From assembly GCF_000760515.2 (NCBI RefSeq), contig NW_013546489.1, forward strand, positions 1-44,250: DNA of 44,250 nucleotides. The letters run 5' to 3'. The notes beneath the pieces are model-generated. The model did no database searches. It was not told where the DNA came from and saw nothing but the letters and a program-made list of their open reading frames with translations. Below, piece by piece: positions 24,863 through 36,017 of the stretch. A program made the position numbers and the translations under genes. Position 1 is the stretch's first letter. Every line of letters starts with the position of its first letter. The DNA is from Mitosporidium daphniae. Lineage: Eukaryota.

Positions 24863-25452
24863 AGCGAGCAGCGCTGATGTGATTCCTTAAAACTATGACT
24901 TTAATCAAACCGAGGCCTGGGGCGAGAAAAGCAAAAATCGGCGTTGCTTTGCTGCCTACCTTGCATTTGCAATTAAAAGTTGCCAGCAGCGGAATAAAAT
25001 CGCCCTGTTTTGAACGCTACATTTGCAGAAAGTCTAGCCTGATGTTGGCCGTTTATGAAAGCAGCGAGCAACGATCCAAATTGATGCGAAACCGATGTTG
25101 TTCGGATGCGTCGGAAGAAAGCAGCTCTCGCAAAAGGATCTCAAAATGGTACATTCAAGTGGCACAAATGCTAGCACATCATTTTCACTACCTGTGTGAT
25201 GATGTTACCCAGAAACGGCCCAATTGGCTGCAAAATAACTTTCCAAGCATGCCATTAAAACCCTGATCCTGTGGACCCAACACTGGCTTCGCACTGCCAG
25301 TAAACATTTAAGTGTGTCCAAATGTCAGTTGCAAATGCATGTAGGATTAGGGCGATCCGTCCAATCCCAATCCTATAGTTAACTTGATGCAATGTCATGG
25401 AAAATTGTTTATCTGGTAACATTTTGTCAGTGAAAGGTGAAACGGTTTGTTT

Positions 25453-28400
25453 TTATTGAGGTGGGAAAATGAAATTGTTGTTCTCCATTTTCCACTCATG
25501 AATAAGATCATCATCCATGGCATGAATCGCAATTGGTGGCTTATTTTGAATATTTTCTATAATTCTAGAAAATGAATGAAGAGTTTCTTGTGAATCTTTT
25601 CCAAACATCGAAATAACCGCCATTTTGCGCGTGGAAGGCTCAATCAGCTTTTCCTTCAAAAACGAGACCAGATCGCTACGTGTAACGTTCAAGATAATCT
25701 CGCCCAGAAGCTTATCTAAGCGTTAAATAAATAGGGCTCACGAAAAACAAATTTATCTTTTTTCCCCAGCATATCCATGTATGAGAGGTAAGTCGTAAAT
25801 TCTGAACCCATGTTTACGGGTTTCTCCAAAATCGACTTTCGAGTAGAGGTTAATTGAGTAGCGATATCTTCATCTGTCATATCTTTCTCAATGTGGCCAA
25901 CCATCGAATCCAAAAAGGCAAAAATGCGCGTAAACAAATAGGAGGGATCGTGTGTGGATTGAACCAAAAATTGCAATCCAATCGCGTGCGCATCGATACG
26001 AACACTTGAAAAAACAGCATAACCCAGTTGCTCGCTGGTTCTTAGCTGATTAAAAAATAAAATTTTCAGTATATCGACAAGTGCAAAACAAAGTGCAGTA
26101 TCCATGTTAGCGGAAACCGCGCCAACCTAAAATGAAATGTCTGTTAAAGCACAAACCTGAAAGTAAACGATAGCACATGAATTTGGATCCTTGACGTGTT
26201 TACCTAAAATTACAACTTGACCACGGGGAAGCTGCACCACTTTAGAACGAGAGGCAGGTATGCTTTGATTGACGCTCAACCCAGATGCTGTGAACTTTGA
26301 TGGAAGCTTTTCAAAATATTTGAGAACCTCAAAGGGTTTAAAGTTTCCATGAACCAGCGCCTCAAAATGAAGCTCTGTCTTGCTGACCGGGAAAATGGAC
26401 TCCAAAGAATCAATATCGCTTAGCTGCAAACCCTCCAGGGTTGCTAAAACGGAGTCAATGCCAAATGTAAATTCGGCTAAAAGATGGCGAAGATAGTAAT
26501 TTCCTTGAGCAAAAGGTGGTTCAAGGTGGGTGTTTCCCAAACTATTTGCAAGCGTGGACTTTCTCATCGAAAAAGAGCTAGCATCTGGAGCCCAAGTCTT
26601 CATCATTACTTGGTCCAAAAGCTCATCTAAAAGAAGAAAAAGCTTTTCGGAGTATCCACCAACGGAAATGCAATGGAATAAAGGCGACGTAAACAGGAAA
26701 TAGGAAAGGCCAGCTTGAGCAGCGGGATATAAACTATTCAATAAATGGTCTGCCAGAACAAGATTCCAAAGCATCAACGAGGTATATTGTCTGATCGATT
26801 CAAAATGAGGACTCATTATTCTCAGCATAATTTCCCCTTTTGGGAGCATGAAGGTATCATCCTGTTTGAACCAAACATCTTTTAAAATCTCCTTGGGAAC
26901 TACATCGGTGACTGATTCAGTCTTCTTCCCATATATGGTTAGGTCCGTGCTAATAAATCGATTGCGACATGGAAGACGAAAAGCGCCATCCATTAATGCC
27001 GTGTTGAGGGAGTGAACAAATTCCTTGTCCATTTTTGAAACATGATATCCTGCTCCAAACCACGGCTCCTTCTGATCAAAAGTAATAGAGAGCTGTTTGC
27101 CATCATCGCAAACTAGAAGAAAATAAAAACAAAATAACTGCTTACATTGGTCTTTGATGGGATCACACTTCATGGACTCGCCATTGGCCAAAATGAAAAT
27201 AGAAACCTTTTCAGGAATTAAAAATTCGTGTAGCAGCTTGGAAACGGCATCGCAATCGTACGATTCCACGAGGTTAGGACCGGTTAAAATATCTTGCGGT
27301 GGAAAGTGTTGCATATTAACCACGTGAGTGGTGACTATAGCATGTGCATGTGCTTTATCTCCACAATGAAAGTTTTGCTTAGCAATTCCAGAAAATTCCT
27401 CAAATAAATGGGATGGAATCTTCTCAAACGTCTTGAGAAAATTTAAATAAGAGAACACCGAAGAAATGACGAACTCATAATTTAGCAATCCTTTGCCTGT
27501 TAAGCCAATTGAGATCACAAATGTGCTGAATCCGCTTAACTGGTCTTTTATACCAACGCTTACGGATGTAACACATCCTTTCAGCTTGAGATATGACAAT
27601 AAACCGCCCTCGCCGTCATACCCAATGATGCTACTGAGAAAGATAGCAGGCTTTGACTTGTACAAGGGAAGTTGATCGGGGATTTGCCAAATAAATTCAA
27701 TTTCTCTCGTGAATTTCAACATGTCAACCCAAGTAATGGACTCAAAGCTCTTCTCGCTGATCGGGTTTATGCTCTTCCAAGGGTAGTCAAAGGGCTCAAA
27801 AGAGTTTGGAACCTCAGAGAATTTGCTGTTCACATATTTGACAAGGTCCGCGATCGGCTCCTTCCCAAAAATGACGAGCCTCATACGATCTGCAGAGTAA
27901 TACTTTTTGTAGAACTTTATGATTTCTAAAAATAAAGAGAACCAAAGGTACCGTCACGAATATCTACGCCATCCTTTCCGGTAAGCGTTTTTTCTGTGCC
28001 AATAATAAAATTATGAAACGGGTGAGAAAGGTTAGCTAGAAACATACGCACATGTTGATATCTCCAGGCATCATTTTGAAGATAAAGGAGAAATTCAGAG
28101 TTGACGGCATTTCTTTCTCTATCAACACAAGAGGCAAGAAACAACGGTGCGATGAAAAACTGCGAAAACCGATCAAGAGCAGGCTCCAGAAAGTCTGCAT
28201 TTATCGAAAAGTGATAGACCGTATTCTCTCCAGCGGTGTACGCGTTGCATGAACCAGAATGCTCGGATATGAAAGCCTGGTATTCTAATTCGGTTGGGTA
28301 TTTTTCCGTCCCCATGAACAATAGATGCTCCAGAAAATGGGCCAATCCTGGATATTCTGGCGGATCCCAAAAAGATCCGACATTAACACTCATCGCCACT

Positions 28401-28645
28401 CCGGCCTAGCAGATATAAAGATCAAAATGTACCTTTTCTGCTGTAGGGTCATGGATAACTAGTGCCTTCAGGCCATTTGGAAGCTCAGCATACCCGTATG
28501 TCAAAGAATCTGCTTTACCCTTGATGGGCTGATCCGAAGATCCACTTGGATAATAGAATCGCTTTTTAACGTAAAATATCGCTAAAACCAGCAAGAATGC
28601 CGAAATGACGACAAGAAAAATCCTTCTGGCTTTTACAAGATACAT
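25453..28645 (-). CDS. STE23: insulin-degrading enzyme/Ste23 M16A metalloprotease with an N-terminal membrane anchor
   Basis: GLAHFLEHLLFMGTEKYP (HxxEH), NAYT, ALDRFSQFFIAPLF, RERNAVNSE, WFKQDDTFMLPK, FNQLRTSEQLGY. Several short introns (e.g. 28406-28432, 27113-27145, 25716-25741). Confidence 0.9.
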
Positions 28646-28742
28646 TTTTTCGATAAAAATGATGCTGCATCACCGATTGGTCACAACTTGCGTTGAAATG
28701 ACGAAGAATTAAAGTTGTAAAATTTAAGCATCCTAACCCTTT

Positions 28743-29936
28743 ATGATGGCTCACAGTTCAACATCTCTTCCCTGGGTGGAAAAGTATCGCCCATCAAGCA
28801 TGGAGGATATGGCACAGCAGGGATCGAGCTTAAAAACAAGTAGCTATTTATTACCATCTCATGTTGCAAAGTTTCGACGCTAATTGAGTCTGGGCGTTTG
28901 CCGCATTTGCTCTTTTACGGCCCGCCGGGTACGGGGAAGACGACCGCAGTGCAGGCAATTATTAGGAGGCTGTTTGGATCGCTTTGCGAATCCAATGTGC
29001 TTGAGGTATGTCTTTTCGGTCCTAACCGCCTACGCCAGCTAAATGCGTCTGATGAGCGTGGCATTGATGTTGTAAGAAACCAAATTAAATCGTTTGTTTC
29101 GTCGCGAAATATGTTTCGCGATTCGAATTGCAGCCTGAAGATTGTCATCTTGGATGAGGCTGATGCCATGACGAATGCTGCACAAGACGCCCTTAGAAGA
29201 AGTAACGCCGCCTGTTCTTCTTACGCTAGTCATTGAGAAATATGTGCAACACGCCAGATTTTTTATCATTTGCAATGATATCGGCAAGGTTTCAGGCGCC
29301 ATTCAAAGCAGGTGCATGCTATTCAGATTTGCCCCCTTATTGCCCGAACAAATGATGCATCGGCTCGAGCATGTCATTGAATCGGAAAAGTATGGCACCC
29401 CCAAATTTTGATCCCATCCTGCTAGGCTCACCGTAACTAGCGACGGTAAAACCGCGATCTTGAATTTATCGGCCGGTGATATGCGCAAAGTTTTCAACAT
29501 CTTGCAGGTAAGTTTATTTTGCTCATTCCATGGAAAGTCTGCATCAGCGTCATTTGCAATAATCGATGAGGCGGTTGTCTGCAAATGCTGTGGCGTGCCA
29601 AACTCGTCTCAAATCTGCATGCTATTAGAGAAGCTCTTGAATTCCGACTATTTTGTCTCCTACTCATGTACCGGCTTTTCATAACGCTAGATTTACGTGA
29701 CATGATACGTGAAAAAGGATATTGCACGTTGGATATCATCAGAACGCTATCAGAGATCCTTCTTGGCTATGATCTGCCCCCTCTTATTTTTAGCCATCTC
29801 ATTGAGAGGCTTGCCTATTTAGAGTATCTCTTTTTCTTTGATCTATTTTAGGTTTTCTGCATCCTCTGGAATTCCCGAGTGCATTCAAATCGCAAATCTT
29901 GTCGGCTCATTCCAGGCCGCCAGGACTCTTTTATGA
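28743..29936 (+). CDS. RFC3: replication factor C small subunit (yeast Rfc3/human RFC5 type), multi-exon
   Basis: [76 protein letters not shown]. Confidence 0.9.
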
Positions 29937-30025
29937 GGGACAAGTTACCACTGCCACACTGAAGCCCAAACGTAATTAAATTTAATTTGAAGTTTACATT
30001 TCCAAAAATTTTAATTGTTCTGCAA

Positions 30026-30459
30026 ATGTGGGCTGCCGGCGGTGGCAGTGGCATTGGTGGCAGGCTGGTCTCGTCTGCCTCCAGGCTAATGTCGCACACT
30101 TCTGTGTTTTCAGTAGCTGTACGTGTGGCCATTTCAAGGAAAACATTTAATGGGTCATCAGTGTCCACGCGCAGTGTGTTTATGGAGCCTTCGGCCTATC
30201 CGTGGCGAAAGCCACCTAGAGACCATCCCTATGAGGGTGGAAATGGGCGGCCAAGAAGCAAGTCTTGGCGATACTCTGCATATCTAAAGGTATTTTTTAT
30301 TTTAACTTCTAGGCAAAAAGAAAGCGAATTCGAGCCAAAAAAGAACACAAGAAGCGATCGATAAAGACATTCCCCCATCCAACACTTACCGGGTTTCTTG
30401 CAAAGAAATCTCCAAATAGAACACTTGTGCGAAGAAAGGCAATTCCACTGCGCTACTGA
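30026..30459 (+). CDS. small basic protein with a mitochondrial-presequence-like N-terminus (possible mitoribosomal protein)
   Basis: ATG 30026 follows an AT-rich tract. Intron 30290-30312 gives 136 aa: an acid-free R/S-rich N-terminus and a K/R-rich C-terminus (AKRKRIRAKKEHKKRS). Confidence 0.55.
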
Positions 30460-30468
30460 AGACCGAGA

Positions 30469-31227
30469 TCAAGCTTGCTGCTCCATCGATTGCAGCTGAC
30501 TCAGCGACGAGGCCGCCTTTGAGCGAAGGCGTGCATATGAGTAAAACGAAAAAAAGAATAACGCAAGTCCGACAACGATCACAGAGACCAAAAGAAATGG
30601 GTCCAACACAGATGTAGTCAGCACCAAAGACTGCGAATCCAACAGCCGGTCATTTGTAGGGGTGATGAACCCGCTGGAACTTGCACTTTCAAAGCCACCA
30701 TTAAATGCAAAAATGGCCAGTAGCAAGCCAAGACCAGCAAACGCACCATGATGGCCAGCGTGCGAGCGTACAAGCATCAGAGTCAATAGAAACCCCACAA
30801 ACTGGGAAACAACGACAACAGCCATGGGGCCAAAGAAAGAAGACCACGACCCCAATGGAATGCCATCAATAAGGATATCGGCAATACTTGGTGGACGTCC
30901 ACTAGAAGTGCCTGCAAAACCACTGGTGTTATGATTGTTGCCTCCAGAAAGTAAGCGAAAGATAGCGGGGGCCTCGATAGAATAGTTCGGCGGCCGCATA
31001 GTTGCAACCTCTTCATAACACGGAGGTCTAGAGGGCACTGCATCCAGAGTTCCCGAGGAAATTTGGGAAATACCAGAAGACGAGACCATATTGGAAAAAA
31101 CACCATCCCTTGTTTTGAGTAAATTGGGTCGGTGAAAGGCAGAGTAGACGGACGCAGGATGTGCCGCCAGCCTTCCAACATTTGCATCATAATGCGTATC
31201 CGCTACATCCTGTGCATCAGTAAACAT
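30469..31227 (-). CDS. BSD2: Bsd2/NDFIP-like (DUF2370) Rsp5 adaptor membrane protein
   Basis: RDGVFSN, two PPxY motifs (PPCY, PPNY), ILIDGIPLG, FVGFLLTLML..SHAG..G...GLG, and C-terminal TM helices. Confidence 0.75.
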   Translation of the reverse strand: MFTDAQDVADTHYDANVGRLAAHPASVYSAFHRPNLLKTRDGVFSNMVSSSGISQISSGTLDAVPSRPPCYEEVATMRPPNYSIEAPAIFRLLSGGNNHNTSGFAGTSSGRPPSIADILIDGIPLGSWSSFFGPMAVVVVSQFVGFLLTLMLVRSHAGHHGAFAGLGLLLAIFAFNGGFESASSSGFITPTNDRLLDSQSLVLTTSVLDPFLLVSVIVVGLALFFFSFYSYARLRSKAASSLSQLQSMEQQA

Positions 31228-31350
31228 TTGACGGGAATGTTGAGGATCAAACTTTTGAGTATTTAATTCCCAGAAGGGTATCCAAATAAATTTCAAGGTT
31301 ACTCCAATCAAAAAGTGTTCCCAACCAATCGGGCAGTTTCAAATTCAAAC

Positions 31351-31527
31351 CTTTTATTTGGAATTTAAATCTTTTATTTGGAATTTAAATCTTTTATTTG
31401 GAATTTAAATCTTTTATTTGGAATTTAAATCTTTTATTTGGAATTTAAATCTTTTATTTGGAATTTAAACCTTTTTATTTGGGATTCAAACATTTTATTT
31501 GAATTTAAACATTTTATTTTGAAATTT
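31351..31527. repeat. tandem repeat, 20-bp unit CTTTTATTTGGAATTTAAAT (5 perfect copies plus ~4 degenerate)
   Basis: Directly visible between the RPT2 stop codon and the BSD2-like start. Confidence 0.95.
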
Positions 31528-31528
31528 T

Positions 31529-33104
<1,576 letters not shown>

Positions 33105-33146
33105 TTGTTGTGAAAATTAAATTCAAATTTTGCTTTTGATTTTAAA

Positions 33147-33427
33147 ATGTCCGAGTGCTTCCAAAGATTTAAACTCGGTGCAATGCTGGGCGGGACCGTC
33201 GGAGGGACGATGGGCCTTCTTCTGGGTTCATATACCGTTCTCAGGTATGCTTATTAAAAGAAGAAGATGATAAATTTAGACATGGCCATGGGGGCATGGG
33301 CTATCTTCGATACGTTGCAAAATCTGCGCTCACATCTGGAGGAATGTTTGGTCTTTTTATGGGCATCGGGTCTGTGCTTCGCTGCGACAATGGCCCGAAA
33401 CCATGTTCCAGTAAAATAGTAACTTAA
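33147..33427 (+). CDS. MGR2: Mgr2/Romo1 (TIM23-associated inner-membrane protein); absent from the ORF track
   Basis: Intron 33245-33279 gives MSECFQRFKLGAMLGGTVGGTMGLLLGSYTVLRHG...SGGMFGLFMGIGSVLRC, the Romo1 signature. Confidence 0.9.
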
Positions 33428-33598
33428 CTCGTAACAACGCATAGCCGAATAGTTAATTTAGCACGGCATTCTGACATGCCAATCAGGAATCCCGGCTGGC
33501 CTCAAATGCAAGATGGTAATCCCGGCCGGCGTGTTCCCTGGCGAGTTGCACGGATTACGTCTGAAAAATTCCCGCCATAGTACGAGCGATTTATTTAG

Positions 33599-34016
33599 CT
33601 ACTTTCGATCTTCGACCATGATGATGTGATAGCCAAAGTTTGTCTTGACTGGGGGGTTCGTGTATATAGGCTTTTCAGAGGTTGACGGCGGCAGGACAAA
33701 AGCAGCATCTTCAGAAAAACGCGCAAACATTACCTTGAAAAGGGCCTACCATCGAGCCGCGGACCATCCACCCAAGCAAGCCTAACGTTTATGGAATCCA
33801 AAGAGACCTCCACTTCGAGCCTTATCCTCAGAAAAGGTTTCCGCAACCTTTGCAAACGAAACGCCCTCCTGCAGCTTTGCTAGTGCCTCGAGGATTTTTG
33901 CTAGCATCAAGTAATGGCATGCAATACACACATTGTTTGGCACACAAGATATGCCTGACTTTAATGGAATTGGCCGGCGAGAGGGTTGAGGACGGTTTTT
34001 TCTCTTTGGAGGGCAT
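33599..34016 (-). CDS. PIN4: parvulin-type peptidyl-prolyl isomerase Par14/PIN4
   Basis: [58 protein letters not shown]; three short introns. Confidence 0.92.
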
Positions 34017-34170
34017 TGGAAAAAATTTATTTTTAAAGTGCAATGTTAGGCGGAGGCTTCTAAAAAGGATTGGGCATCAAAATAGGCATGCAGCATAATC
34101 AGCAAAAAGACCAGGCAGCCGAGTGCATTGACCATAAAGTAGAGCTGAGAATCAGTTATCATCAAAAAAG

Positions 34171-35158
34171 TTACAATTTATTCAAGTAACATTTTAAAAA
34201 CTCGGTTTTTGCGGCATTTGATGCCTGTTGCAGGTATGGCACTTTGCCAAGCGACGCAAGCATCGAGCCAATGCCATCTGAGATGTGCATTTCTGGATGT
34301 TTTTCCTTGATCTCCTTGGTTCCGCCAATGTCAAGTATCTTGACAGAAACCTCCACAGGTTCCCTCTAGGAATTAGAAACCGCAACGCAGCATACACAAA
34401 ACAATAATTTAAACGTGTGGCTAATGAGACTTTCTGTCGTTAAAGGGACAAATAAATGCTGGGTGTATCTTATAAATACAAGGAACAGTCTTTTTCCAGC
34501 CAGATCCTCCTCTTTGATTTCGGAACATTTTATGATGGAAAGCCCGTTTGTGTGGGATTCTTCTGGAAACAAAATTACAGGAGATTCTGCAGAGAATGTA
34601 AAGAACTGCACAATGTTGGCAAGAAAACTCCATAGCCTAGACTTTGGTTCTTTTTCGGCGGTAAATCTGGCCCTGGGGACACTATCAAATAAGTAGGACA
34701 AATGCCAGCAAATACATCCACGATATTAAAATTGCATCCAAAAGGGGCGAGATTGCATTTGAAAAAACGATGCCGTTGGAAGGGATTTGATAAGCACTAC
34801 GCTTTTTCAGCTGGGGCCCAGCGTAATTCCTACCAATTAAAGTGGGATTCATGCCCTAAAGAACATCTCGATTGAGATGCCGAAAAGCTGTAAAATTCGA
34901 CGTTGGGATCGACAAAAACATTTAGTATGAAAAGCATGCACCGAAAAAAAATCCTACCAACAAGTGGATACCAAACAAATGGAACAAGAAAAAGGACCAA
35001 GCAAAATAAGATTGACTTTGCAAGCAGAATGGGCAGGAACAAAATGAAATCCTAAATAAAATGAAAGCGCCTACAAGCATATTTCGCCTGTACATTGCCA
35101 CCGGCATGAATGGGTTGATGCCCGAAGATGGGTCCCGGAAGTTGGAAAACTTTTCCAT
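34171..35158 (-). CDS. LOA1: lysophosphatidic acid acyltransferase Loa1/Vps66-like
   Basis: N-terminus MEKFSNFRDPSSGINPFMP resembles the Vps66/Loa1 start; acyltransferase motif LFPEESHTNG; multi-exon. Confidence 0.75.
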
Positions 35159-35628
35159 AACAAAAGAATTCAAAAATCTAAATTTCATTTGTCAAGTAGG
35201 GGCCTGGCCCAGTGGCGGTAAATTTTAATTTTGTTATCTGCTGGCTGCCTGCTAGGCCTGGAGCATTGCTCGTGTTTGGGCTCTTCCAAGTTAGTATGCA
35301 GAAAAAACCAGCGTCTCACTAAAAAGCGTGCCCACAAAACTAATCGAGCTTAGACGTGTGCTCACAAAATAGAATGAAAAAGGCCACATCAATAGTTTTA
35401 TGGGGTCCTTCTTCTTCAGACTTGGATCGATTCGTTGGCGTATTGCTCTAGAAAGATCGTTCATCGCGTCCCAACTGTCATTTTGTTGTCTTGGGCGACT
35501 TGTATTTAGTTTCTCCCTCAATCTTTCAATTGCTCTTGGCACACACTATTTCTTCGCCTGCAAGGAAACTGGTATGCCTGGCTTCTGCGTTTATCGTGCT
35601 TGAACAGCATTATTTATGCCATTCATCG

Positions 35629-35646
35629 CCCTAACCCTAACCCTAA
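35629..35646 (+). repeat. interstitial telomeric repeat (CCCTAA)3
   Basis: ccctaaccctaaccctaa in an intergenic position. Confidence 0.8.
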
Positions 35647-35664
35647 ACGAACCAGACCTTCTGC

Positions 35665-35920
35665 AAAACCCCTCTTTGGGGCTAAAATTTGCAATAGCTT
35701 CAATATAGAAATCAATCGCCGCCTATGGATGACATTGGGTACGTTCTGGTTGCAAAGTTACGCCGAAATCAAATTAAATGCCAACACCAACAGCATGGTT
35801 TGCACCGTTTCAACGGTCCGTGTTGCACGATTTCGCGATTTTCGCCACATTGGGCTTATCCACTTGACCTGCAAATGTGCGCAAGCCATGCGAAATCGAC
35901 CCAACGCACAAGAGGGGCTT
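35665..35920. ncRNA. candidate structured non-coding RNA (family not assigned)
   Basis: 11-bp terminal helix 35666-35676/35910-35920, 9-bp stem 35828-35836/35890-35898, hairpin 35804-35817; no convincing CDS. Confidence 0.35.
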
Positions 35921-36017
35921 GTAAATTTTAAATTTAAAACAAAGGTTGCATCGATATCTCAATTGCAGTGCCAATTAAAAGCGTAAATGTCTCCTCCATA
36001 CGTGTGTTTATACATCT

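Noticed and set aside
24895..25266. 123-aa plus-strand ORF, or a minus-strand gene from ATG 25250/25255
   Set aside because: No recognisable motifs and no consistent spliced model could be built; left unannotated, although a small gene may exist.
31351..31527. Tandem repeat considered as a CRISPR array
   Set aside because: The units are contiguous with no spacers, there are no cas genes, and the context is eukaryotic.
35291..35610. Small basic minus-strand ORF downstream of the telomeric tract
   Set aside because: It needs a non-canonical GC donor to join ATG 35610 and has no family match; support is insufficient.
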